Source of the DNA: an uncultured Candidatus Saccharibacteria bacterium
GTDB lineage: Bacteria; Patescibacteriota; Minisyncoccia; Phycocordibacterales; UBA9973
Assembly (NCBI GenBank): GCA_964611515.1
Contig: CAZTAH010000002.1
Span: 14,390 to 53,495, forward strand
Reading direction: 5' to 3'
DNA: 39,106 nt
The position numbers and the translations under genes were made by a program. The notes under the pieces were generated by a model that saw only the letters and a program-made list of their open reading frames with translations, had not been told where the DNA came from and made no database searches. Positions 14,987 through 25,355 of this stretch are shown here, piece by piece. The stretch's first letter is position 1. Every line of letters begins with the position of its first letter.

Positions 14987-16882
14987 ATGAGTAAAATAAT
15001 AGGAATAGACTTAGGGACCACTAATAGTGCTGTAGCAATAATAGAAGGTGGTCAACCTAAGATTATAGAAAATCAAGAAGGAGCAAGGACAACTCCTTCT
15101 GTAACTGCTATAGCCAAAAATGGTGACAGGATGGTTGGTTTGCTGGCCAAAAGACAAGCGGTAACCAACCCAGACAACACTGTTTATGGAATAAAAAGAT
15201 TTATTGGAAGAATGTTTGATGATCCAGAGATACAGAAAGAAAGAAAATTTGTTTCTTATGAGACTAGAAAGGATAAAAATGGAGGAGTAGAAATCAAGCT
15301 AGGTGATGAGTGGCTTAGGGCAGAGGAAATATCAGCTAAAATACTAAGTAAAATTAAAGCAGATGTAGAAGCAAAATTAGGAGAAAAGGTAACAGAAGCA
15401 GTTATTACTGTTCCAGCCTATTTTAATGATGCTCAAAGAAAAGCAACTAAGGATGCAGGAACAATAGCGGGCTTAGATGTCAAAAGAATTATAAATGAAC
15501 CAACTGCTGCAGCTCTAGCTTATGGCTTTGATAAAAAGAAAAATGAACAAATAGTAGTATATGATTTAGGAGGAGGAACTTTTGATGTTTCTGTTCTTGA
15601 GGTTAGTGATGATGTGGTAGAGGTTAAGTCAACTGACGGAGATTCTTTTCTTGGAGGAGAAGATATAGATCAAAAAATAATAGGCTGGATAGCGGATGAA
15701 TATAAAAAAGAATCTGGTATAGACATTACAGGAGATGGCCTTGCATTACAGAGATTAAAAGAAGCAGCAGAGAAGGCTAAACATGAACTTTCAACTACCC
15801 TAGAAACTGAGATTAATATACCTTTTATCACTTCAGACGCTAATGGGCCTAAGCACTTATTAATGAAAATGACTAGAGCGACCCTAGAATCTCTTGCTCA
15901 AGAATTTATAGATAAATCAATAGAGATAACCAAGAGAGCAATTAAAGCCTCTCCCTTTGAGATAGAAGACATTGATGAGATTATTTTAGTTGGAGGTCAA
16001 ACTAGGATGCCAGCTGTAACTGAAGCAGTTAAAAAGCTATTTAATAAAGAGCCGAACAAATCTATTAACCCAGATGAAGTTGTTTCTCTTGGTGCCGCAG
16101 TTCAAGCAGGAGTATTACAAGGAGATGTTAAAGATGTTTTGCTTCTAGATGTAATTCCTTTGTCTCTAGGAATAGAAACACTGGGAGGAGTAGCCACTAA
16201 GTTAATTGAAAGAAATACAACTATTCCAACAACTAGGTCTCAAGTTTTCTCTACAGCAGCTGACAACCAAACTTCAGTAGAAATACATATTACGCAAGGA
16301 GAAAGACCTATGGCTTCTGATAACAAAACTCTTGGAAGATTTATATTAGATGGAATACCACCTGCTCCAAGAGGTATGCCTCAAGTGGAAGTATCTTTTG
16401 ATGTTGATGCTAATGGAATATTAAATGTAAAAGCCAAAGATAAGGCTTCTGGAAAAGAACAGTCTATTAAAATAGAAGCTAGTTCTGGCTTAACAGATGA
16501 GGATATTAAGAAAATGAGAGAAGAGGCAGAAATTAACGCAGAGGAAGATATGAAGAAAAAGGAATTAGTTGACCAGAAAAATACAGCTGAAATGATGATT
16601 TTCACAGCAGAAAAATCATTAAAAGATTATGGGGATAAAGTTCCAGAAGAAACCAAAAAGTCTATAGAAAATAAAATTGAAGAAGTTAAAAAAGCAAAAG
16701 AGGGATCTGATGTTACTGCAATAAAAATGAAATTGGAAGAAATGACAACTGAGTTGTCAAAAATAGGGGAAATTATTGCAAAAGAAAACAAGGACAAAGG
16801 AGAAGAAAGCACAGCTACAGAAGTCAAAGAAGAGCAGATAAAAGACGCAGAAGTAAAAGAAGAAGATGGTGATGATAAATAA
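14987..16882 (+). CDS. dnaK: Molecular chaperone DnaK (Hsp70)
   Basis: [28 protein letters not shown], and an acidic C-terminal tail. Confidence 0.97.
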   Translation: MSKIIGIDLGTTNSAVAIIEGGQPKIIENQEGARTTPSVTAIAKNGDRMVGLLAKRQAVTNPDNTVYGIKRFIGRMFDDPEIQKERKFVSYETRKDKNGGVEIKLGDEWLRAEEISAKILSKIKADVEAKLGEKVTEAVITVPAYFNDAQRKATKDAGTIAGLDVKRIINEPTAAALAYGFDKKKNEQIVVYDLGGGTFDVSVLEVSDDVVEVKSTDGDSFLGGEDIDQKIIGWIADEYKKESGIDITGDGLALQRLKEAAEKAKHELSTTLETEINIPFITSDANGPKHLLMKMTRATLESLAQEFIDKSIEITKRAIKASPFEIEDIDEIILVGGQTRMPAVTEAVKKLFNKEPNKSINPDEVVSLGAAVQAGVLQGDVKDVLLLDVIPLSLGIETLGGVATKLIERNTTIPTTRSQVFSTAADNQTSVEIHITQGERPMASDNKTLGRFILDGIPPAPRGMPQVEVSFDVDANGILNVKAKDKASGKEQSIKIEASSGLTDEDIKKMREEAEINAEEDMKKKELVDQKNTAEMMIFTAEKSLKDYGDKVPEETKKSIENKIEEVKKAKEGSDVTAIKMKLEEMTTELSKIGEIIAKENKDKGEESTATEVKEEQIKDAEVKEEDGDDK

Positions 16883-16884
16883 AT

Positions 16885-17961
16885 ATGAGCAAAGATTATT
16901 ATCAAACTCTAGGAGTAGATAAAAACTCATCCAAAGAGGAAATAAAAAAAGCTTATCGAAAGCTAGCTCATAAATATCATCCTGATAAAAATGGAGGAGA
17001 TGATAAAAAATTCAAAGAAATAAATGAAGCATATCAGATACTATCTGATGATCAGAAAAGAGCTCATTATGATCAGTTTGGGACAGCAGATAGTTTTACT
17101 GGTGCTAATTATGGGGGAGGATTTCAGGGTTTTGACTTCTCTAATTTTCAAAATATGTCAGGATTTGACATGGGAGGAATAGGTGATATTTTTGGTGATA
17201 TCTTTAGTCAATCTTCCAGGGGGAGCACTAGAAGAGTCAAAAAAGGGAGAGACCTGGAGACCGAAATTATTCTCTCTTTTAAAGAATCTATTTTTGGAGC
17301 AAGCAAAGAATTATCTATCAAAAAGAAAAGCACTTGTGGGTCCTGTAATAGATCAGGAGCAAAAATAGGTACAAAAATGGAAAACTGTAGTGTTTGTCAG
17401 GGGCAGGGTCATGTTAATGAAGTTAAAAGAACAATATTAGGATCTTTTTCTTCTACTCGTGTTTGTGACAACTGTAAGGGACAAGGAAGTGTGCCTAAAG
17501 AAAAGTGTGGTGAATGTAGAGGAGAAGGAGTTATTGATAAGGAAAACAGAATTACCATAGAGGTACCTGCTGGGATATTAGATGGGGAGATATTAAGGGT
17601 CAGAGAAAAAGGAGAAGATGTTCAATTTGGTCTTTCTGGAGACCTTTATGTCAGGATAAGAGTTATGCCTCATGGTTCTTTCACCAGAGAGGGGAATAAT
17701 TTAAAAATAGATATTCCTATTAAATTAACAGAAGCTCTAATTGGAACAGAAAAAAGAATTGAAACACTTGATGGGAAAAAATTAAAACTAAAAATCCCTG
17801 CTGGATCTAATAACAAAGACTTATTAAGGATAAGGGGGAGAGGGGTGCCAATGAGATCAGGGAAAGGGGATTTAATTGTAAGGTTAATGGTCTTAATTCC
17901 AAATAAATTATCTAAAAATACAAAAGAATTGGTTAAGAAATTAGAAGAAGAAGGACTGTAA
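16885..17961 (+). CDS. dnaJ: Molecular chaperone DnaJ
   Basis: J domain with HPD (KYHPDKN), G/F-rich region, and four CxxCxGxG zinc-finger repeats. Confidence 0.95.
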   Translation: MSKDYYQTLGVDKNSSKEEIKKAYRKLAHKYHPDKNGGDDKKFKEINEAYQILSDDQKRAHYDQFGTADSFTGANYGGGFQGFDFSNFQNMSGFDMGGIGDIFGDIFSQSSRGSTRRVKKGRDLETEIILSFKESIFGASKELSIKKKSTCGSCNRSGAKIGTKMENCSVCQGQGHVNEVKRTILGSFSSTRVCDNCKGQGSVPKEKCGECRGEGVIDKENRITIEVPAGILDGEILRVREKGEDVQFGLSGDLYVRIRVMPHGSFTREGNNLKIDIPIKLTEALIGTEKRIETLDGKKLKLKIPAGSNNKDLLRIRGRGVPMRSGKGDLIVRLMVLIPNKLSKNTKELVKKLEEEGL

Positions 17962-17968
17962 AAACTAT

Positions 17969-17996
17969 AAAAACCCCTTAATGGGGTTTTTATTTT
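17969..17996. terminator. Bidirectional rho-independent terminator between convergent dnaJ and cysS
   Basis: AAAAACCCC-ttaat-GGGGTTTTT followed by ATTTT. Confidence 0.75.
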
Positions 17997-18000
17997 GTTC

Positions 18001-19380
18001 TTAAGAGATCTTAAAGCCAGTATCGGTGTCTTCTATTTTAAATCCTTTTTCTTTAATAGTATTCCTTATCTCATCACTTTTTTTCCAGTCTTTTTCATTT
18101 CTAGCTTTCTCTCTTTCTTTTGCCAATAAAACAATTTCGGATGGGATATCTTTTTTTCCAATAAAATTTTCTAGTTTTAATCCAAAAACTTTATCAAAAT
18201 CTAAAATAGTAGCTAATTTGTTAGCATTAGGAATATCTGCCTTAAATACTTCACCGAGCACAGCTAGTGCTTTCGGCATATTTAGATCATCATTAATAGT
18301 AGACAAAAATTCTTCCCTTAGGGCTAAGTCTATTTCTCCTATGTCGTGCCCTAGATTCTTTATCTTATCTCCTAGATTATTAAAACCATTTATAGCTCCT
18401 TGCAAAATATCTTCTCCCCATTTCATTTTTTTCCGATAATGAACTAAGAAAGTAGCGTATCTAAATACTAAAGGGGATATATTGTTATCTAAAAATTGAC
18501 TTCTTAATGTCAAAGCTTCTCCCGAGCTCTTAGACATCTTGTCTCCATCGTTTAAAATTAAATGCTCTCCGTGAATCCAATAATTCACCCAAGGCTTAAT
18601 TCCTGTAGCACTTTCTGTTTGAGCAATTTCATTTGTGTGGTGTAAATCAATAGCATCTATGCCTCCACAATGAATATCAAAATGCTCTCCTAAGTACTTA
18701 ACACTCATGGCTGAACACTCTATGTGCCATCCAGGAAAACCCGTGCCCCAAGGGCTATCCCACTCCATCTGCCTTTTTTCATTTTTAGGAGAAAATTTCC
18801 ATAAAGAAAAATCGGTTGAATTTCTTTTTTGAGTATTTACTTCTACCCTAGCTCCTTCTTTTAATTTATCTAGGTTTTGATGAGATAGCTTAGTGTAATC
18901 TGAAACCTTAGAGGTATCAAAATAAATTCCGTCATCTGTTTTATAAGTAAACCCTTTTTTCTCTAATGTTTTTATCATCTTTACTTGATCTTCTATTGTT
19001 TCTGTAGCTTTACAGAATATGTCTGGAAAAATGATATTTAAATTAGAAATATCCTCCATAAATTTTTCTGTGTAAAATTCTGCTATCTCCCAAGCTGTCT
19101 TATTTTCTTCAGCTGATCTCTTTTCTACTTTATCCTCTCCCATATCGCCATCTCCTGTGAGGTGTCCAACATCTGTGATATTCATTACATGCTTTACTTC
19201 ATAGTCATTGTAGAGTAAAACCCTTTTTAAGATATCTTCAAATAGAAAAGTTCTTAAGTTTCCTATGTGGGCATAATCATAAACAGTTGGCCCACAGGCA
19301 TACATTCCTACAAAGCCTTTTTTTATGGTCTTAAATTCCTCTTTTTTTCTAGTCAGAGTGTTATATATTAAAAAAGACAT
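18001..19380 (-). CDS. cysS: Cysteine--tRNA ligase
   Basis: [18 protein letters not shown] (HIGH), KMSKS, and WHIECS zinc-site motifs. Confidence 0.95.
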   Translation of the reverse strand: MSFLIYNTLTRKKEEFKTIKKGFVGMYACGPTVYDYAHIGNLRTFLFEDILKRVLLYNDYEVKHVMNITDVGHLTGDGDMGEDKVEKRSAEENKTAWEIAEFYTEKFMEDISNLNIIFPDIFCKATETIEDQVKMIKTLEKKGFTYKTDDGIYFDTSKVSDYTKLSHQNLDKLKEGARVEVNTQKRNSTDFSLWKFSPKNEKRQMEWDSPWGTGFPGWHIECSAMSVKYLGEHFDIHCGGIDAIDLHHTNEIAQTESATGIKPWVNYWIHGEHLILNDGDKMSKSSGEALTLRSQFLDNNISPLVFRYATFLVHYRKKMKWGEDILQGAINGFNNLGDKIKNLGHDIGEIDLALREEFLSTINDDLNMPKALAVLGEVFKADIPNANKLATILDFDKVFGLKLENFIGKKDIPSEIVLLAKEREKARNEKDWKKSDEIRNTIKEKGFKIEDTDTGFKIS

Positions 19381-20170
19381 AAAGAAAAGTTATGACTGAC
19401 AAAATAAGAGAGATAATGATTAAGGTTGTTAGATTTTTTATCTTACGATTGCTTTTATCAGTTAAGATTAAATTATAAGTATTGTGTAGACTAATTATGT
19501 TTTTTTCCTGTCTTACAACTAGACTGGTAATATCAAATAGATTGTCTTTCATAATATTCAAATAATACTTAAACCTATCTCCAAATAGTTGAATTAAGAG
19601 ATCTGGAAGATTTTTAAATGTTTTCTCATGAGAAGCAATTGATTCTTTTAGGTTAATTAGCATTTGATTTTTTAAATATAGTGGCTCAGAGAGTTTCTTA
19701 TTTTTGCCTTCTATTATCTGATTTTCTACTTCTTTATTACAAATACCATTTTCTACTATTTGATCACTTAGGCTTAAATATAAACTTTTGACTAAGTAAA
19801 AGAAAAGTGAGCCATTGTCTAATATATTTAGTTTTTGATCTAAAGTAGAGTCCACTTCTAAGTTTTTTAAAAATTCGGACAAAGCCTCCATTTCCCTGTC
19901 GTGTATGGTACAAATAAAATCTTTATGTATAATAAAGATTATTTTTCTTGATATAACCCTATTCTCAAGATCAAGAATTTGTGGAAAATCAAAAGAGGTT
20001 GAAATAAAACCAGCAATAAGCTTAGTTCTAACATCCTTATTTTTAGTTCTCATTTCTTCTTCTATCACCTTAGGTATAGAATATAGGTCTATGATATACC
20101 TAAACTCCTCTTCTGTTGGATCCTCTAGGTCTATCCAAGTAACGCCCTTGTTATTATACTTTGAAATCAT
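19361..20170 (-). CDS. CorA-like protein lacking the GMN pore motif and second TM helix (degenerate or neofunctionalised)
   Basis: The N-terminus ([16 protein letters not shown]...SIP..IEEE) and overall helical layout resemble the CorA cytoplasmic domain. It ends ...[29 protein letters not shown] after a single TM helix. 20-nt overlap with cysS. Confidence 0.5.
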   Translation of the reverse strand: MISKYNNKGVTWIDLEDPTEEEFRYIIDLYSIPKVIEEEMRTKNKDVRTKLIAGFISTSFDFPQILDLENRVISRKIIFIIHKDFICTIHDREMEALSEFLKNLEVDSTLDQKLNILDNGSLFFYLVKSLYLSLSDQIVENGICNKEVENQIIEGKNKKLSEPLYLKNQMLINLKESIASHEKTFKNLPDLLIQLFGDRFKYYLNIMKDNLFDITSLVVRQEKNIISLHNTYNLILTDKSNRKIKNLTTLIIISLILSVITFLYVFFNI

Positions 20171-20178
20171 ATAGAGAT

Positions 20179-20206
20179 ATTATACAAGCTAACTTGCTTT
20201 TTTCAA
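20179..20206 (-). promoter_or_regulatory. Near-consensus promoter for the CorA-like gene, with the -10 box 8 nt from the ATG
   Basis: On the reverse strand: TTGAAA (20201..20206), 16 nt, TATAAT (20179..20184), 8 nt, then the ATG at 20170. Confidence 0.5.
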
Positions 20207-20222
20207 AGTTTTTGTGTAAAAT
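20194..20222 (+). promoter_or_regulatory. rplU promoter candidate, overlapping the divergent promoter
   Basis: TTGCTT (20194..20199), 17 nt, TAAAAT (20217..20222). Confidence 0.45.
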
Positions 20223-20257
20223 TCTTGGTATTGATATCAGTAGTGGATAAAGAGATT

Positions 20258-20626
20258 ATGGATAAAAAAACAACAAAAAAGAAAGAAGAAGAAAAACTAG
20301 AGACCAGCAAGGAGTTTGCTGTTATTTTTACAGGGGGAAAACAATACAAAGTGTCTGTTGGGGACATTATTAAGGTAGAAAAGATAGAGGGATCCTTTAA
20401 AGTAGGAGACAGAATAGTTTTTGATAAGGTATTATTGGTAGACAATGGAAAAGACACAACTATAGGAACTCCTTATATTAAGGGAGCAAGCGTAGAAGCT
20501 CTTTTTCAAAAAGAAGGGAGAGCGAGGAAGATTAATGTAATTAAATATAAATCAAAAACTAGGTATTTTAAGAAGCACGGACATCGGCAACACTTTACTG
20601 AGGTTAAAATTTCAGCAATAAAATAA
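20258..20626 (+). CDS. rplU: 50S ribosomal protein L21 (Lys/Glu-rich N-terminal extension)
   Basis: FAVIFTGGKQYKVSVGDIIKVEKI...KYKSKTRYFKKHGHRQHFTEV. ATG at 20258 is preferred over the TTG at 20225. Confidence 0.9.
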   Translation: MDKKTTKKKEEEKLETSKEFAVIFTGGKQYKVSVGDIIKVEKIEGSFKVGDRIVFDKVLLVDNGKDTTIGTPYIKGASVEALFQKEGRARKINVIKYKSKTRYFKKHGHRQHFTEVKISAIK

Positions 20627-20647
20627 ACCCACATTGAGTGGGTTTTT
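20625..20647. terminator. Bidirectional terminator between convergent rplU and recR
   Basis: AAACCCAC-attga-GTGGGTTT followed by TT. Confidence 0.7.
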
Positions 20648-21262
20648 CTAATGTCTATTTTTTAGAGCGTTGTTGATAGTATCACTGTCTACATATTCTA
20701 ATTCTGTTCCTGTAGAAAGCCCTCGCCCTAAAGACACTATCTTAAATTTATATTTTTTTTCTAAAGAAGAAAGCTTCTCTCTTAAATAAAGCTCAGTCTG
20801 ATCTCCTTGTGGATTAATAGAAAGAGCCAAGATGACTTCTTTTAAGTTATTTTCTTTAGCTCTTTTTTCTACTATTTTTAATAATTCATTTATCTTTAAA
20901 TAATAAGGAGTTTCTTTGTTTACGATTGGGACCAATCCTCCTAAGACAAAAAACAAACCTGCATATTCACTCTTTTGAACACTAGAGCAATCTATGTCTT
21001 TTTCCACTACCATCAATAAGTCTTTTCTTTTTTCTGGATTACGACAATTTTCACATAACTCTTCTCCTCCTGACTGGAAAAACAAAAAACAAGAAGGACA
21101 CTGAGATATCTTCTCTTTTAGTTTAGATAAATTATGAGTAAACTGGTTTATAAAATTTGGGTTTTTTTGCAAAAGAAAATAAACAAAACGACGAGCTTGT
21201 CTTTCTCCTATTCCTGGAAATTCTTTAAAAAAAATAGTTAAATTTTCTATAATATCATTCAT
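20648..21262 (-). CDS. recR: Recombination protein RecR
   Basis: FPGIGERQARRF HhH motif, CxxC...CxxC zinc finger, Toprim region. Confidence 0.9.
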   Translation of the reverse strand: MNDIIENLTIFFKEFPGIGERQARRFVYFLLQKNPNFINQFTHNLSKLKEKISQCPSCFLFFQSGGEELCENCRNPEKRKDLLMVVEKDIDCSSVQKSEYAGLFFVLGGLVPIVNKETPYYLKINELLKIVEKRAKENNLKEVILALSINPQGDQTELYLREKLSSLEKKYKFKIVSLGRGLSTGTELEYVDSDTINNALKNRH

Positions 21263-22639
21263 CTAAAATCCTTCTATTATATCTTCTTGATAATCAACTT
21301 CTTTATTTGTTTTGTCTATGGAAAGAAAAGTGGTGGATTTTTGGTCAAAATATAAATCAACCTTTCCAACCGGACCATTACGATGTTTTTCTATCAATAT
21401 TTCTGCTATATTATTTCGTTCACTTTCTTCTTTTCCTTTGTCCTCTCGGTGAATAAACATTACAACATCTGCATCTTGCTCTATGGAACCAGAGTCTCTT
21501 AAGTCTGATAGTTTAGGGCGACCTCCTCTCGTTTCAACTGCTCTAGATAGTTGAGATAAAGCTAAAACTGGAACATTAAACTCTTTTGCTAAAGCTTTCA
21601 GAGACCGAGATATTTCCGTGACCTGATTAACCATATTATCATAATTCTTAGAGGTAGACATTAATTGTAGGTAGTCAACAACTATTAATCCCAGCCCGTG
21701 CTCAGCTTTAATTCTACGACAAATTGACCTCATTCTAATTATAGAGTTACCAGCCATGTCATCTATAAAAATAGGGGCCTTGGCTAGCCTGTCCAAGGAG
21801 TCTCTTATTTTAGAGAAATCATTTTCTGTTGATAGTTTTCCTGTTCTAAGGTTCCAGGCATTAACTCTCGACTCTGCTGCTAGCATTCTGTCAACTAATT
21901 GTTGTGTGCTCATTTCTAGGGAGAAAATCATTGTAGGAAAACCATACTTTAGAGAAGACTGTCTGGCTATGTCTAGAGCTAGGGTTGTTTTTCCAACAGA
22001 TGGACGAGCAGCCAAAATAACTAAGTCAGAAGCCTGAAGTCCTGATAAGTACTGGTCTAACTCCTGAAAACCAGTAGGTATGCCTCTTAGCTCTCCTCTG
22101 TTTTCATGTAATTTTTCTAATCTATTCCAAGCCTCAGGTAAGCTATCTTTTAGAGAGTGGAAGGAGTTATTACCAACATTACTGTTCACTCCCATTATCT
22201 TCTTTTCAGCTTTATCTAAAGTCTCATAAACATCTTCAACTTCTTCTCTATATCCTAACTCTGAAATACTGTGACCAGCTTCTATTATTTTTCTTAATAT
22301 ATTTTTCTTATTTACTATGTCTGCATAATAGGAAACATTGGTAGAAGCAGGAACAGAATTAGTTAATTCTGTTAAATAACTACTGCCTCCGACTTGCTCC
22401 AATAATCCCTTTTCTTCTAATTTATGAGAAGTGGAGAGGATGTCTATTGGCTCTCCCTTAGAGGATAGTTCCATCATTACTTTAAATATCTGAGAGTGTT
22501 TTACAACATAAAATGACTCGGGTCTAATTGTGTCAGTTATCTCATGAATAGCATCTGGCCTAAGCATAATAGAGCCCAAAATTGCCTTCTCGGCTTCTAT
22601 ATTCTGAGGAGGTATTCTATTATACTTCTCTCTTTCCAT
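21263..22639 (-). CDS. dnaB: Replicative DNA helicase DnaB
   Basis: PPQNIEAEKAILGS N-terminus, Walker A ARPSVGKTT, LIVVDYLQLM, SQLSR, RDSGSIEQDADVV. Confidence 0.95.
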   Translation of the reverse strand: MEREKYNRIPPQNIEAEKAILGSIMLRPDAIHEITDTIRPESFYVVKHSQIFKVMMELSSKGEPIDILSTSHKLEEKGLLEQVGGSSYLTELTNSVPASTNVSYYADIVNKKNILRKIIEAGHSISELGYREEVEDVYETLDKAEKKIMGVNSNVGNNSFHSLKDSLPEAWNRLEKLHENRGELRGIPTGFQELDQYLSGLQASDLVILAARPSVGKTTLALDIARQSSLKYGFPTMIFSLEMSTQQLVDRMLAAESRVNAWNLRTGKLSTENDFSKIRDSLDRLAKAPIFIDDMAGNSIIRMRSICRRIKAEHGLGLIVVDYLQLMSTSKNYDNMVNQVTEISRSLKALAKEFNVPVLALSQLSRAVETRGGRPKLSDLRDSGSIEQDADVVMFIHREDKGKEESERNNIAEILIEKHRNGPVGKVDLYFDQKSTTFLSIDKTNKEVDYQEDIIEGF

Positions 22640-22646
22640 GAAATTA

Positions 22647-22655
22647 ATTGTAGCA
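22647..22655 (-). promoter_or_regulatory. Extended -10 (TGcTACAAT) 7 nt upstream of the dnaB ATG
   Basis: Reverse complement of 22647..22655. Confidence 0.4.
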
Positions 22656-22726
22656 CAATCAAAGAATTTATTGATTTTAAATTTAGGATAAAACTGTGTT
22701 TAAGATGTGCAAAACCACTTTTTTTC

Positions 22727-22735
22727 TGTTATGAT
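22727..22735 (+). promoter_or_regulatory. Extended -10 (TGtTATGAT) 10 nt upstream of the trpS ATG
   Basis: Read directly at 22727..22735. Confidence 0.4.
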
Positions 22736-22745
22736 ATATAGGATT

Positions 22746-23717
22746 ATGAAGAAAATATTATTATCTGGAGTTAAACCAACAGACCGCCCTCATTTGGGTA
22801 ATTATTTTGGGGCAATGAAACAATTTGTTGAGTTACAAGATAACCATCAGGGCTTAATAATGATAGCTGATTATCATGCTTTAAATATAATTAAAGACAA
22901 GGAGGAATTACAACAAAATATCTTAAACATGGCGTTGGATTATTTAGCAATAGGGTTAGACCCAAAAAAAACTATAATTTTTAAGCAATCAGACATTAGT
23001 GCTCACACTGAATTGACTTGGATTTTTGACACACTAATAACTCTTCCTTTTTTAAAAAGAGCTCATGCTTATAAAGATGCTAAGTCTAAAAATAAAGAAA
23101 TTTTAGTTGGAACTTTTAATTATCCTGTTCTGATGGCTGCAGACATATTGCTTTACGACACAGACATAGTCCCTGTTGGGCAAGACCAAAAACAACACAT
23201 AGAATACACAAGAGACATTGCTCTTAAGTTTAATAATTTATATGGAGATGTCTTTAAAACTCCTGATGCCTTGATTGTTAAAGACCTTGGTATCATTCCT
23301 GGAACAGATGGTCAAAAGATGAGCAAAAGTTATAAAAACACAATACCTTTATTTGCTTCTGATGAAGAAATAAAAAAAGCAGTAATGTCTATAATCACGG
23401 ACTCTAAGGGAGCAGAAGAACCAAAGGATCCAGAGAGTTGTAATGTCTTTGCTTTGCATAAATTACTTCTAGATTCAAAAAATCTTTCTGATTTAAAGTC
23501 TCGTTATTTAAATGGAAACATCAGTTATAAGGAGTCCAAGGAGCTATTGTTGGAAAATATAATTAATTTTATAAAACCAATGAGAGAAAAACGAGATGAG
23601 TTATCTAAAAATATAGATGAAGTCAAAAACATCTTGAAAGATGGGGGAGAAAGAGCAAAGAGACTGGCAGACAATAAAATGGATTTAATTAAAAAAGCAA
23701 TTGGAGTAAAATTCTAA
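22746..23717 (+). CDS. trpS: Tryptophan--tRNA ligase
   Basis: SGVKPTDRPHLGNYFG (HIGH-type), GQDQKQH, KMSKS. ATG at 22746 is preferred over the track start at 22707. Confidence 0.93.
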   Translation: MKKILLSGVKPTDRPHLGNYFGAMKQFVELQDNHQGLIMIADYHALNIIKDKEELQQNILNMALDYLAIGLDPKKTIIFKQSDISAHTELTWIFDTLITLPFLKRAHAYKDAKSKNKEILVGTFNYPVLMAADILLYDTDIVPVGQDQKQHIEYTRDIALKFNNLYGDVFKTPDALIVKDLGIIPGTDGQKMSKSYKNTIPLFASDEEIKKAVMSIITDSKGAEEPKDPESCNVFALHKLLLDSKNLSDLKSRYLNGNISYKESKELLLENIINFIKPMREKRDELSKNIDEVKNILKDGGERAKRLADNKMDLIKKAIGVKF

Positions 23718-23719
23718 TT

Positions 23720-23935
23720 ATGAAGTATATATTATCTTTATTTTCTTTAATACTTAATGCTATCAATACTCCTTTGAGTAGCATATTTAAGAAAGTAAAA
23801 AAATGGTATCAAACAATGAAAAAAGAAGATAAGGTGATTTATATTGCCTTTGCTCCTTTTTATTATATTCTAGTTATTCTTGTTTTTTTAATTAATTATC
23901 CCAAAGAAAAAATAGATAAAATCATTAAGAAATAA
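23720..23935 (+). CDS. Small (71 aa) two-TM membrane protein, unknown function
   Basis: Two hydrophobic segments. Packed 2 nt after trpS and 13 nt before aspS. Coding status is inferred from packing only. Confidence 0.4.
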   Translation: MKYILSLFSLILNAINTPLSSIFKKVKKWYQTMKKEDKVIYIAFAPFYYILVILVFLINYPKEKIDKIIKK

Positions 23936-23948
23936 TATTATATTACAT

Positions 23949-25355
23949 ATGAAAAATAGAGTTTATATAAAAAATTTAAATAAGTATATAGAAAAAGAAG
24001 TTGTTATATGTGGGTGGATTAATGTAAGGAGAGATCAGGGAAAAATGATTTTTTTAGACATAAGGGATAAAACAGGGTTAATACAAGGGGTAATTTTACC
24101 TGAAAACACAGAGGCCTTAAAAACAGGAGGAGAACTTAGGACTGAATATGTGGTAAGAGTGGGTGGAAATATAAATAAAAGACCAGATAGAAATATTAAA
24201 GAAGGAGTTCTAAATGGGGACATTGAATTAGAAATAAAGAGCATACAAATTCTTAATGAAGCAGACACTCCTCCATTTGATGTCACCACGGACGGAAGAG
24301 ATATAGGAGAAGATGTTAGGCTGAAGTATCGTTATTTGGACCTAAGAAGACCTAGGTTGCAAAAAAACATTAGACACAGACATAAGGTAGCTAAATATAT
24401 TAGAGATTATTTAGACAAGGAGGGTTTTATAGAAATAGAAACTCCGATCTTAACTAAATCAACCCCAGAAGGAGCCAGAGATTTTGTTGTTCCTTCTCGT
24501 TTATACAAAGGAACATTTTATGCTTTACCTCAGTCTCCTCAACAATATAAACAACTCTTGATGGCTAGTGGAGTTGAGAAGTACTTTCAACTTGCAAAAT
24601 GCATGAGAGATGAGGATTCTAGGGGGGACAGACAGCCAGAATTTACCCAACTGGATATGGAAATGAGTTTTATTGAAAAAGAGGATGTCATGAAATTAAA
24701 CGAAGACCTATTGATTAAATTAATAACAGAATTATATCCTGATAAGAAAATACAGGAAATACCTTTTCCAAGAATAACTTATGCTGAAGCTATGGAAAAA
24801 TACGGAAATGATAGACCTGATCTTCGTGAAGACAAAAATGACCCAAATTTATTATCATTTTGTTGGGTTATAGATTTTCCTTTTTTTGAAAAAACAGAAG
24901 AAGGTTGGACCTTTACCCATAATCCATTTTCTAAGCCAACAGAAGAACACACAGAATGGTTGTTTAAAGAGAAAAATATTGGAGAAATCTTAACCACTCA
25001 ATATGACATAATAATGAATGGTAATGAGCTAGGAGGCGGAAGTATTCGTGCTCATGATGCTACTATGTTAAAACAAGTCCTTAAAATAATTGGTCTTAAG
25101 GAAGAAGAAGCCAACAAAAACTTTGGGCATATGCTTCAAGCCTTATCTTCTGGCACTCCTCCTCATGGTGGAATAGCTTGGGGTTTTGACAGGCTTTTAA
25201 TGCTTTTAGAAAATGAACCAAACATTAGGGAAGTTATTGCTTTTCCTAAGACAGGAGAAATAAGGGACCCAATGATGGAGTCTCCTTCTTTTATATCTAA
25301 CACTCAATTAAAAGAATTAGGTTTAAAAATAGAAAAAGAGGAAAAAGATGACTGA
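23949..25355 (+). CDS. aspS: Aspartate--tRNA ligase, bacterial type, lacking the GAD insertion domain (468 aa)
   Basis: QSPQQYKQLLM, motif 2 RDEDSRGDRQPEFTQLDMEMSF, and YGNDRPDLR followed after about 10 aa by WVIDFPFF..., GGGSIR. Confidence 0.92.
   Translation: MKNRVYIKNLNKYIEKEVVICGWINVRRDQGKMIFLDIRDKTGLIQGVILPENTEALKTGGELRTEYVVRVGGNINKRPDRNIKEGVLNGDIELEIKSIQILNEADTPPFDVTTDGRDIGEDVRLKYRYLDLRRPRLQKNIRHRHKVAKYIRDYLDKEGFIEIETPILTKSTPEGARDFVVPSRLYKGTFYALPQSPQQYKQLLMASGVEKYFQLAKCMRDEDSRGDRQPEFTQLDMEMSFIEKEDVMKLNEDLLIKLITELYPDKKIQEIPFPRITYAEAMEKYGNDRPDLREDKNDPNLLSFCWVIDFPFFEKTEEGWTFTHNPFSKPTEEHTEWLFKEKNIGEILTTQYDIIMNGNELGGGSIRAHDATMLKQVLKIIGLKEEEANKNFGHMLQALSSGTPPHGGIAWGFDRLLMLLENEPNIREVIAFPKTGEIRDPMMESPSFISNTQLKELGLKIEKEEKDD

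Noticed and set aside
20242-20250. DnaA-box-like AGTGGATAA near the divergent rplU/CorA-like promoters as a sign of oriC (dnaB is nearby).
   Set aside because: It is a single one-mismatch box with no cluster, no adjacent AT-rich unwinding element beyond background, and no dnaA or dnaN in the window.
22640-22745. T-box or other riboswitch leaders upstream of the aaRS genes (alaS, cysS, trpS, aspS, gltX).
   Set aside because: The upstream spacers are 0-105 nt with -10 boxes a few nt from the start codons. That leaves no room for a leader of about 200 nt, and no specifier or T-box sequences are present.
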